In this document: in pieces, positions 6,780 through 13,479 of the stretch
How the letters are laid out: every line of letters begins with the position of its first letter
Numbering within the stretch: the first letter of the stretch is position 1
IMG/VR virus record: IMGVR_UViG_3300027037_000001
Reading direction: 5' to 3' (one strand)
Source of the DNA: a virus
DNA: 38,757 nucleotides
The notes under the pieces: generated by a model
The model's input: the letters and a program-made list of their open reading frames with translations, nothing else
Databases searched by the model: none
What the model was told of the DNA's origin: nothing
Program-made: the position numbers and the translations under genes

Positions 6780-6822
6780 CCCATCTCGATGGTGCAACCT
6801 AGCTTCACCGAGACGAGATGGG
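6780..6822 (+). promoter_or_regulatory. 9-bp-stem hairpin just upstream of the next RBS, preceded by a consensus TTGACA
   Basis: CCCATCTCG (6780..6788) is the reverse complement of CGAGATGGG (6814..6822), giving a 25-nt loop that contains ATGGTGCAA. The right arm abuts the GGGGAAGGA RBS. TTGACA lies at 6772..6777, but I see no clear -10. Confidence 0.3.
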
Positions 6823-6829
6823 GAAGGAC

Positions 6830-6961
6830 ATGAACTACGAAATCGAATCCTACCGCGAGGGCGAGCAGTGGGGCATGGTGAAGGGTATTTTCTACTGCCT
6901 GGCAGCCGAGGCTTTTTCGGCACTGGCTTATCTTCTCGTTCTTCATGGGCTAGGCGCATGA
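6830..6961 (+). CDS. Small membrane protein, 43 aa
   Basis: Has a GGAAGGA RBS. The product is MNYEIESYREGEQWGMVKGIFYCLAAEAFSALAYLLVLHGLGA. An ATGA overlap leads into the next gene. I prefer this to the TTG-started 6769..7149 fusion ORF. Confidence 0.45.
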   Translation: MNYEIESYREGEQWGMVKGIFYCLAAEAFSALAYLLVLHGLGA

Positions 6962-7149
6962 AAGGCCAACGCGAATACGACGACCGTCACCCCGAGGAAG
7001 ACCCGTTCCATAACGGCATCCCCGAGGACATCTACGACAAGGCCATGGAATACTGGTTTGCCCGGGACGTGAATAACCCATCCGACACAGACATACTCGA
7101 TATGGCTTATGCCATTTACGAACAGGAGATCAGGAAATGTCAACGCTGA
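6958..7149 (+). CDS. Hypothetical protein, 63 aa
   Basis: Uses the in-frame ATG of ORF 6769..7149. The product is MKGQREYDDRHPEEDPFHNGIPEDIYDKAMEYWF... Confidence 0.55.
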   Translation: MKGQREYDDRHPEEDPFHNGIPEDIYDKAMEYWFARDVNNPSDTDILDMAYAIYEQEIRKCQR

Positions 7150-7337
7150 TCCGTGATGAGGCTGAAAGGCTGGAGTGGCGTAAGCTCTCCGAAGATTCCC
7201 GCAAGCTGGCTCGTTCGTGCTTCCGCGCGGCGCGTGTGCTCCGTGAGGCTGGCGAGGTGACTATGGCGGTCAGCCAGTTCCGGAATGGTCTCAGGGCGCT
7301 ACTGTGGGCTCGTGACTGGCTGAGGGATGCCCAATGA
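7137..7337 (+). CDS. Hypothetical protein, 66 aa
   Basis: ORF-track entry that overlaps both neighbouring genes. Confidence 0.55.
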   Translation: MSTLIRDEAERLEWRKLSEDSRKLARSCFRAARVLREAGEVTMAVSQFRNGLRALLWARDWLRDAQ

Positions 7338-7543
7338 CGCCGTTCCAGCGGGTGGTTCCGCACACCGAGCCCATCCCAAGGTGTCCGCGCCCTGATTGCG
7401 GATACCCTGGGCAACACGTCAAGACGCTCGAAAGGCATCGCTTGGAGTGCCGCGATATCGTAGGGTGCGGGCTTCGAACTGGTGAGCATGACAACTTCGA
7501 CCATGCGCTGGACGAATGGGTATTGATGGGAGCGATCTCATGA
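7334..7543 (+). CDS. Hypothetical protein, 69 aa, Cys/His-containing
   Basis: ORF-track entry with an ATGA overlap. Contains CPRPDCGYPGQH...HRLEC, a possible zinc knuckle. Confidence 0.55.
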   Translation: MTPFQRVVPHTEPIPRCPRPDCGYPGQHVKTLERHRLECRDIVGCGLRTGEHDNFDHALDEWVLMGAIS

Positions 7544-8034
7544 CTACTACTAAGGCCGATGGTATGAGTGATGAGAGGAAGGTTGATGAATTCCGTCCCG
7601 CGTTCGACGCGCCTCGGACAGCGGAAGAAGCTATCCAAGTTCTTGAGAAATGGGGCAAGGATTCCGTCATGACGTTCAGCGCCAGTCGCGCGAAGGTGTG
7701 CGCCGAACTTCTTCGCGCGGCTTCATTGCCATCGCCGTCAGTCGTCGGAGATATCATGGCTGAGATTAACCGCGCAGTGACCAAGTTTCCGACATGGCCT
7801 ACCGATCCTCTGCACGCTCTTGGTGTCGTCGGCGAGGAGTTCGGGGAGCTTGGCAAGGCTGTTCTCCAACAGGTCTACGAGCCGCACAAGAATCATCCAG
7901 GGGATGTTCGCAAGGAGGCGGTTCAGACCGCAGCCATGGCGATCCGATTCCTACTAAGCATCGACGCATACGACTTTGCGAGTGGTGCCCAGCACGAGCA
8001 ATCCGACCTCGCCGCCCTAGGAGCAACGCCATGA
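7540..8034 (+). CDS. MazG-like nucleotide pyrophosphohydrolase
   Basis: ATG 7540 has an ATGA overlap and a GGGAG RBS. Contains LGVVGEEFGELGKAV (the EExGE motif) and a downstream KEAVQTAAMAIRFL helix. Confidence 0.7.
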   Translation: MTTTKADGMSDERKVDEFRPAFDAPRTAEEAIQVLEKWGKDSVMTFSASRAKVCAELLRAASLPSPSVVGDIMAEINRAVTKFPTWPTDPLHALGVVGEEFGELGKAVLQQVYEPHKNHPGDVRKEAVQTAAMAIRFLLSIDAYDFASGAQHEQSDLAALGATP

Positions 8035-8294
8035 GTGGGGAGAAGGTTGCGCGGTATACGGCTGCGCAGATGGAGGCGATGGCTAGGACGCTGCACTACA
8101 GCGGAACCGATGAGTTCAGCGACGAAGCCACCTCGATGCTCGCTCAAGCCGCGCAGACAGAAGCCGACGTCGCGGGGCTGCTTGAGGCGATCAAGGCGCT
8201 TCTTCCGTGGGCTGAGTCCGCTAGCTACGGTGGCCCTGACATCGAGGCCGACATTGAACAGGCCCGCACTGCCCTCGCGAGGTTCCAGCCATGA
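8031..8294 (+). CDS. Hypothetical protein, 87 aa
   Basis: Uses the internal ATG of ORF 7794..8294, which overlaps the MazG stop (ATGA). Confidence 0.55.
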   Translation: MSGEKVARYTAAQMEAMARTLHYSGTDEFSDEATSMLAQAAQTEADVAGLLEAIKALLPWAESASYGGPDIEADIEQARTALARFQP

Positions 8295-8485
8295 GCGACA
8301 CAATCGACTACGTACACCTCTGCTTCTACGAGCGTCGCATGGGAACGGCGGTAACCCTCGGCAGTCAGCGGATCGCTGGCCCCGACCTTTCGCCCTACGG
8401 CAAGCCCGACTGGACGCGCAAGGTATCGCTGCGTCAGTTGAAAGACATCATCGCATTTGCTGAGCGCACGGGAGATCCGGAATGA
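8291..8485 (+). CDS. Hypothetical protein, 64 aa
   Basis: ORF-track entry with ATGA overlaps at both ends. Confidence 0.55.
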   Translation: MSDTIDYVHLCFYERRMGTAVTLGSQRIAGPDLSPYGKPDWTRKVSLRQLKDIIAFAERTGDPE

Positions 8486-8793
8486 GCACCAATAACGGCA
8501 AGATGATTTTCGCCTGGAGTGGCGGAAAGTGCCGTGTCCCCATATGGATGATGGGTAGCCCTGCGGGTCACTGCAATGCGGCGTCATTCGGGCCGCAGTA
8601 CCCGCGCCCGTATCTGCTTGGGTTTGGATATCTCAAGGAGCAGATCCCTTACTGCCATGGCCCATGTTGTCCCGACCACCTCGGCCCCAAGGAAGGCGAT
8701 CCGATCATCTTCCAAGACGGCTGGACGAATGAAGGTCGCCAGATGTGGTGCGCGGTCATGCCTGATTTCGAGAACCTACAAGAGAGTGCTTGA
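8482..8793 (+). CDS. Cys-rich hypothetical protein, 103 aa
   Basis: ORF-track entry. Several Cys and His residues are present (CRVP, HCN, CHGPCCPDH, WC). Confidence 0.6.
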   Translation: MSTNNGKMIFAWSGGKCRVPIWMMGSPAGHCNAASFGPQYPRPYLLGFGYLKEQIPYCHGPCCPDHLGPKEGDPIIFQDGWTNEGRQMWCAVMPDFENLQESA

Positions 8794-8867
8794 GGGTTCT
8801 CCGGCAATCCGGTCGAAGCCGTTCGACTACTCCGCACCGCCCTAAAACTCGCCATGGGGGATGAGGG

Positions 8868-9098
8868 ATGAAGCGCTATGACATTGTTGGGCAGTGGGAA
8901 GAACAAGAGAACGAGTTTGGCGATTGGGTCGAGCATATTGAAGCAACCACCCGCATTGCCGAACTCACCGCTGAGGTGGCTAGGTACAGGCAGGCTATGC
9001 AATCCATCGTCGATGATTACAAGCAGGCGTTTCATACGGACTGGACTACTGCCACTAACTACGCCGACATCGCCCGCAACGCGCTGAGGGAGGGGTAA
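8868..9098 (+). CDS. Hypothetical protein, 76 aa
   Basis: ORF-track entry with a GGGGGA RBS 6 nt upstream. Confidence 0.6.
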   Translation: MKRYDIVGQWEEQENEFGDWVEHIEATTRIAELTAEVARYRQAMQSIVDDYKQAFHTDWTTATNYADIARNALREG

Positions 9099-9101
9099 TC
9101 C

Positions 9102-9371
9102 ATGTACTCATGCACTGATACCACGCCGGTATGCCGGGGTTGCGGAAAGGTTCTACGGGGAAACCCGTATTGGAAAGGTGGCCTCGCATACCATCCCATC
9201 GGGGACAAGGGCGAAGTGAAGGTATGCCACTTCGGAGGGTGGGTTTGTTCTGAATCGTGTGACGTCCGAGCGTGTCGTGAGCAGGAGGAATCGATGCCTG
9301 GGCATGGCGCTGGCACGGGTCTGTCGCGTGATCTGCGTGCTCAGATTGAGCGTCGGTGGAGTGGGTCATGA
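9102..9371 (+). CDS. Cys-rich (zinc-binding?) hypothetical protein, 89 aa
   Basis: ORF-track entry containing CRGC...CHFGGWVCSESCDVRAC. Confidence 0.6.
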   Translation: MYSCTDTTPVCRGCGKVLRGNPYWKGGLAYHPIGDKGEVKVCHFGGWVCSESCDVRACREQEESMPGHGAGTGLSRDLRAQIERRWSGS

Positions 9372-9586
9372 GCGAATCGAAGGTGGTTAGGTACGGCCTT
9401 GGGTATGATGGTATGTCCGCTACCGAATGGGGCTACTGGGTCACCCACGCCGACTACAAGGCGCTGGAGGATCGGGTGAGGGAGTTGGTGGGGGCGGATC
9501 AGGCGTATGACGATTGCCTGGAGCATGCGGTCGTTCCGCTTGAGGCTGTCTTGCGTCGCAAGGTTGCTTTGAGCGCCTTCGCATGA
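9368..9586 (+). CDS. Hypothetical protein, 72 aa
   Basis: ATG 9368 overlaps the previous stop (ATGA) and is in frame with ORF 9356..9586. Confidence 0.55.
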   Translation: MSESKVVRYGLGYDGMSATEWGYWVTHADYKALEDRVRELVGADQAYDDCLEHAVVPLEAVLRRKVALSAFA

Positions 9587-10440
9587 CGGCTTATTACAAC
9601 GAATTCGAACCCTATGCTGCGGCTTGGCTTAGGAACCTCATTGACGCTGGCTATATTGCCGATGGCGTCGTCGATACCAGGAGCATCGTGGATGTACAAC
9701 CCGAAGATCTCGATGGATTCACCCAGTGTCACTTCTTCGCTGGCATTGGCGGATGGTCCTTTGCAGCTCGACTTGCCGGTTGGCCCGACGATCGAGCCCT
9801 GTGGACAGGGTCATGCCCCTGTCAGCCATTCAGTGTGGCCGGAAACCAACTCGCCCAAGCGGACTCGCGCCACCTCTGGCCCCACTTCCACCGACTCATC
9901 CGTGCCAGACGGCCCGCTGTCGTCATGGGAGAGCAGGTTGCGGCAGCGGTTGGAAAGAATTGGCTCGACGGAGTGTTCTCTAACCTGGAGTCGGATGACT
10001 ACGCCTGCGGGGCGGTCATTGTCCCGGCTTGTGCCGTCGATGCTGCGCACCAACGTGATCGCCTGTGGTTTGTGGCCCACGATGACCAGCAACGCGCCCG
10101 CGAAGAACGGCTACAGCGAGGCAGGGAACTCAGCCGGTCAAGTGGCGATACGGAAGATCATGCTCGCCCTGTGGTCGACGCTCCGGGCTTCGGATGGGGC
10201 GAAGGGTGGACCGAATCAGAGCTTCGGAGCAGGGGGCTGTCCGCTTCCGTCGCAGACGTATCAGGTCGGCAGTTCATCGAATGCCCCGACGGAAAATGGC
10301 GTCGGCTCCCTCCACCCGGAGTTCGGTGGCTGGGAACTGGGCTTCCCGCCCGAGTGGCTCGCCTGCGCGCCTTCGGTAACGCAATCCAGCCGCAAGTCGC
10401 CGCGGAAGTGATCGGCGCCTACATGGAGCAAGCCGCATGA
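9583..10440 (+). CDS. DNA (cytosine-5)-methyltransferase, orphan
   Basis: Motif I is FFAGIGG. Motif IV is SCPCQPFS, with the catalytic Cys. Motif VI is GEQV where ENV is usual. Motif VIII is QRDRLWF. Motif X is FGNAIQPQVA. No endonuclease partner gene is visible. Confidence 0.85.
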   Translation: MTAYYNEFEPYAAAWLRNLIDAGYIADGVVDTRSIVDVQPEDLDGFTQCHFFAGIGGWSFAARLAGWPDDRALWTGSCPCQPFSVAGNQLAQADSRHLWPHFHRLIRARRPAVVMGEQVAAAVGKNWLDGVFSNLESDDYACGAVIVPACAVDAAHQRDRLWFVAHDDQQRAREERLQRGRELSRSSGDTEDHARPVVDAPGFGWGEGWTESELRSRGLSASVADVSGRQFIECPDGKWRRLPPPGVRWLGTGLPARVARLRAFGNAIQPQVAAEVIGAYMEQAA

Positions 10441-10631
10441 GCGAGAAAGATCGTGCCGAATGCAAGGCCTCTACTGGATTCGAGACCTGGGAAGAGATGC
10501 AGACTTACGCCTCGTGGATCGTTATTCAGGGGATCACTCGCGGTGAACGCCTGGAATCGACAATGGCGAGCGTGTTTCACCTGCATCGGCGGTGGTTCGA
10601 TGGTCTAGCCAAGAAGGAGAAATCGAAATGA
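10437..10631 (+). CDS. Hypothetical protein, 64 aa
   Basis: ORF-track entry with an ATGA overlap on the methyltransferase stop. Confidence 0.55.
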   Translation: MSEKDRAECKASTGFETWEEMQTYASWIVIQGITRGERLESTMASVFHLHRRWFDGLAKKEKSK

Positions 10632-10664
10632 CACCACCAAACACACACGCACAGGAGAGCCGCC

Positions 10665-10979
10665 ATGGGTGAGATGACGTTGGAGAAACGAAAGCTAGCG
10701 CTGGACATCATCGAGCGGGCCGTTGCGAAGTGCGTGGAGACTGGCACGGACGACGTCGCAATACCGCTCATGGATGCCATCGTTGTCATGGAGGCAGCGA
10801 GTACCGCCGCCCTCGTCCATCCCCGCCCTGCGGTGCCGGAGGGGTGGAAGCTCGTGCCTCTTGAGCCCACTAGCCCGATGACCTTCATTGGTCAGACGCT
10901 TCGATACGACTCTGTAAACAGTATCGGAGAAATCTACCGCCGCATGCTCGCCGCCGCGCCAGAATCGGGAGGTGGGTGA
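10665..10979 (+). CDS. Hypothetical protein, 104 aa
   Basis: ORF-track entry with an AGGAGAG RBS. Contains a PEGWKLVPLEPT motif. Confidence 0.6.
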   Translation: MGEMTLEKRKLALDIIERAVAKCVETGTDDVAIPLMDAIVVMEAASTAALVHPRPAVPEGWKLVPLEPTSPMTFIGQTLRYDSVNSIGEIYRRMLAAAPESGGG

Positions 10980-11101
10980 TGAAGTACTTCTACAGATTCA
11001 AGGAAATGGACGGAGACTGGTCCGAATGGCGTGAGTGTTCGGCGGCAACATACACCCTCTACCAAGGACGTTGGGACGTAGACACATGGTGCCAGCCATG
11101 A
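10979..11101 (+). CDS. Candidate 40-aa protein
   Basis: Has a TGATG overlap upstream and an ATGA overlap downstream. The product is MKYFYRFKEMDGDWSEWRECSAATYTLYQGRWDVDTWCQP. It is absent from the ORF track because of its length. Confidence 0.4.
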   Translation: MKYFYRFKEMDGDWSEWRECSAATYTLYQGRWDVDTWCQP

Positions 11102-11427
11102 TCCCCACTAGCCGCGTGAGTGAAGATCGGATGCGCGAGACGTTCGAGAAGTGGGCCGTCGCCAACGATTACTACATGGACATCCGACGCGACGGCAACT
11201 ACGCGTCAACCGCTACATCTGGCGCCTGGGCAGGATTTCAAGCCGCCCTATCGACCATGGGTGACGTGGTGGCGGTGAGCGAGCTTCGTGATCTGGCTGA
11301 TTCATGGGAGTCCGTCACCAGAGCATTCGACAGGCCCGACTCCAGCTACACACATGAGAAAATCGTTGGTCACCGCCGAGCACTGACTGCCGACCTATCC
11401 GCCATCCTGAACCGAGGTGGGAAATGA
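11098..11427 (+). CDS. Hypothetical protein, 109 aa (third RF-E-x-W / DG-x-Y family member)
   Basis: Uses the internal ATG of ORF 11035..11427. The segment RMRETFEKWAVANDYYMDIRRDGNYASTATSGAWAGFQAA echoes the 1210..1592 paralogues. Confidence 0.6.
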   Translation: MIPTSRVSEDRMRETFEKWAVANDYYMDIRRDGNYASTATSGAWAGFQAALSTMGDVVAVSELRDLADSWESVTRAFDRPDSSYTHEKIVGHRRALTADLSAILNRGGK

Positions 11428-11780
11428 GTGAGAAAATGGCAGCGTTCGTCTGCTACAGGAATTCGGACCTCAATGAGGGACGTGGGTACACATACCCCTA
11501 CGCGGTGTGTCGAAACGAATCAACGGCAAGGAGGTTGTGTGTAAAGGCCGACGTGCAAGGGACGGACGCCAGTTATCGCGAGGTAGAACTCGTGAAGGTG
11601 GGGCCGACGTGGTTCGGTCCGGTGAACGTCATCCAACCAAACAAGGCTGACGATATTGCGGAAGATGCCATACGGCGCGAGAAGACAGCAAAGCTGCGCA
11701 AGGATAGGGCCCTGGATGCCGCAAGAAAGGCAGGATTGTCAGAAGACGACATCGCCGCCCTTGTCGGAGTCGCCCCATGA
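11424..11780 (+). CDS. Hypothetical protein, 118 aa
   Basis: ORF-track entry with ATGA overlaps at both ends. Confidence 0.6.
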   Translation: MSEKMAAFVCYRNSDLNEGRGYTYPYAVCRNESTARRLCVKADVQGTDASYREVELVKVGPTWFGPVNVIQPNKADDIAEDAIRREKTAKLRKDRALDAARKAGLSEDDIAALVGVAP

Positions 11781-12025
11781 CCGTGCGTGACCTTCGTGAA
11801 CTGGGCGAGAGTCTGCGCGACGAGCGGCAGGGATCAGAAAGCATTCAGCGGCAGGTAGAAGCCGCGAAACAATTGTTCCAGAGGGAACGAACCATTACCG
11901 CGCCTGAGGAGCGGTGCGAAACGTGCGATGGCTCGGGCATCCTCTGGCCCCTCGATCCACGCGAGCCGGATGAGGTATGCGAATACTGCGACGGAACAGG
12001 CACCAAGAGCCGAGGTGGGGGATGA
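11777..12025 (+). CDS. Small protein with two DnaJ-type CxxCxGxG zinc-finger repeats
   Basis: The C-terminal part contains CETCDGSG and CEYCDGTG. Confidence 0.6.
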   Translation: MTVRDLRELGESLRDERQGSESIQRQVEAAKQLFQRERTITAPEERCETCDGSGILWPLDPREPDEVCEYCDGTGTKSRGGG

Positions 12026-12153
12026 GCGAGCGTGAATGCTTCTACTGCGATGGCACCGGCTTCATGTTGGACGACGAGGATCTAGATGCCTCGTGGGACA
12101 AAAAGCGTTGCGAAGAATGCGACGGAACTGGTTTTGAGCCGGAGGAAGAATGA
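12022..12153 (+). CDS. 43-aa protein with two DnaJ-type CxxCxGxG repeats
   Basis: Hand-translated as MSERECFYCDGTGFMLDDEDLDASWDKKRCEECDGTGFEPEEE, with ATGA overlaps at both ends. Confidence 0.5.
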   Translation: MSERECFYCDGTGFMLDDEDLDASWDKKRCEECDGTGFEPEEE

Positions 12154-12401
12154 AACCTAAAACCACCATGAGCGACGGCCGACTGTGGTGCCTCGGAAAC
12201 GTGTTCTACGAGATCGGTAGCGACCAGGGCATCGACAGCATTGCACACGATGCTGCTATGGCCCATGCCCTAGACGCAGCCATCGCCGAATTGGAGAACG
12301 ACCAGTCGCCGGAATACTCCCCGGCCTATGTGCTGGCTGAGGTTAGGCGGAGGGCTGTGGAGAAGATGAAAGACTGGGGATATACAGATGAAACTACCTG
12401 A
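12150..12401 (+). CDS. Hypothetical protein, 83 aa
   Basis: ORF-track entry with an ATGA overlap. Confidence 0.6.
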   Translation: MKPKTTMSDGRLWCLGNVFYEIGSDQGIDSIAHDAAMAHALDAAIAELENDQSPEYSPAYVLAEVRRRAVEKMKDWGYTDETT

Positions 12402-12510
12402 TCGAGCTATCCAGTGGCTATGCAAACACGGCATCCACGAATGGCGCTGGATACCTGATAACCAAGTCCGTTGTGTTCACTGCGGACTGATCAAAAAGGA
12501 TCTCCCATGA
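12388..12510 (+). CDS. Candidate 40-aa Cys/His protein
   Basis: The product is MKLPDRAIQWLCKHGIHEWRWIPDNQVRCVHCGLIKKDLP. An ATGA overlap leads into the next ORF. Confidence 0.4.
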   Translation: MKLPDRAIQWLCKHGIHEWRWIPDNQVRCVHCGLIKKDLP

Positions 12511-12650
12511 AACACGAAGCCACCGCAAAACCCAAGCTCCGTCGCATGCATCCATGGCGGGGCTTCGTGGAGAAGCCATCCAAGGGTCAGCAACGCCGTG
12601 AGTTCGATCACCCGGCACTCCCTTCGGCACTCTCCAGGCCTATACGATGA
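12507..12650 (+). CDS. Candidate 47-aa basic protein
   Basis: The product is MKHEATAKPKLRRMHPWRGFVEKPSKGQQRREFDHPALPSALSRPIR, with ATGA overlaps at both ends. Confidence 0.4.
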   Translation: MKHEATAKPKLRRMHPWRGFVEKPSKGQQRREFDHPALPSALSRPIR

Positions 12651-12817
12651 ACTCACACGAGATCCTCATGCAGGTCAGGCACGACCTTGTCGAACGGTTC
12701 CACGAACGAAACGCCGGTCGCCTGATTCGGTCCAATGATTCTCTGCAACGCGCCTACGACGAATCGCTTGATCTCATCCTTACCCTGAAGCAATCGCTTC
12801 TGGAGCGCGAACCATGA
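12647..12817 (+). CDS. Candidate 56-aa helical protein
   Basis: The product is MNSHEILMQVRHDLVERFHERNAGRLIRSNDSLQRAYDESLDLILTLKQSLLEREP, with ATGA overlaps at both ends. Confidence 0.45.
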   Translation: MNSHEILMQVRHDLVERFHERNAGRLIRSNDSLQRAYDESLDLILTLKQSLLEREP

Positions 12818-13089
12818 TCGCTGGCAATACATCCAACCCGTTCCGTGCCGCAGCGCATATCTCCCAGCGTATCGATCACGCCATGTGCAGCAAGCGATGG
12901 TTCGTGTGGCTCGATGGTGATCGGGTATGCTACTGCAACGAGGACTCCAAGAAGATCTTCAACGAACGTGACCTCGTCGGCACGTATGTGAAGCGAAGGC
13001 ATGACGACATGCAATTTACCCTGACGCAGATCATGGAAGATATCCAGGCGTCGGAATCTGAAAAATACCGTGGAGGCACCATCGGATGA
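12814..13089 (+). CDS. Hypothetical protein, 91 aa
   Basis: ORF-track entry with ATGA overlaps. Confidence 0.6.
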   Translation: MIAGNTSNPFRAAAHISQRIDHAMCSKRWFVWLDGDRVCYCNEDSKKIFNERDLVGTYVKRRHDDMQFTLTQIMEDIQASESEKYRGGTIG

Positions 13090-13358
13090 GTCAGTACGAC
13101 AACAACCTGTCCGGCGCTCTGTTCAAGAACGATCGTAAGGAAAAAGAAACCCATCCCGACTACACGGGGTCATGCGAGATCGAGGGGCAGGATTACTGGA
13201 TATCGGCGTGGATCAAGGTGGGGAAGGAAGGATCGAAGAGGCCGGGAGAGAAGTTCATGAGCCTGGCGTTCAAGCTGAAGGACCAGCAGCAGGCGCCATC
13301 ACAACCCAAGCCGACACCCACGCCTGCGCCGATGGATGACGACGATATTCCGTTATGA
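13086..13358 (+). CDS. Miniature SSB-like protein with canonical acidic tip
   Basis: 90 aa. The N-terminal part is GALFKNDRKEKETHPDYTGSCEIEGQDYWISAWIK...FMSLAFK, a DUF736-like OB-type pattern. A P/Q-rich linker follows, and the protein ends in MDDDDIPL (bacterial SSB ends in DDDIPF). Confidence 0.65.
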   Translation: MSQYDNNLSGALFKNDRKEKETHPDYTGSCEIEGQDYWISAWIKVGKEGSKRPGEKFMSLAFKLKDQQQAPSQPKPTPTPAPMDDDDIPL

Positions 13359-13479
13359 TCTTTGACGGCCTACCCACCGAAGCGTAGGCTATACTTCCAC
13401 CGCGGGGAAATCGTCCGGCCAGACGCGCTCCTGCCTACCCAGGGCTCACCCGCACCTTTTATTGCCGGTAGGAGGCATC

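Noticed and set aside
6441-6959. 172-aa minus-strand ORF and the 6769..7149 TTG-started plus ORF
   Set aside because: The minus ORF is antisense to the VRR-NUC gene. The plus ORF is better explained as two ATGA-coupled genes (6830..6961 and 6958..7149), each with its own ATG and, for the first, a clear RBS.
9614-10411. 265-aa alternative-frame ORF nested in the methyltransferase gene
   Set aside because: It lies entirely inside a gene with clear catalytic motifs. The product is S/P/R/G-rich, as expected from an off-frame reading of GC-rich DNA, and there is no RBS.
13368-13389. Hairpin GCCTAC-N10-GTAGGC after the SSB gene, and GTCGAA-GCCG-TTCGAC at 8812..8827, as intrinsic terminators
   Set aside because: The stems are only 6 bp and no U-tract follows. 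They may be RNA-stability or processing elements, but I cannot support a terminator call.
13359-13479. tRNA or small RNA genes in the larger intergenic gaps (13359..13479, 17184..17268, 15907..16060)
   Set aside because: I could not fold any of them into a cloverleaf with a conserved T-loop (GTTCRANYC) or find other RNA-gene signatures.
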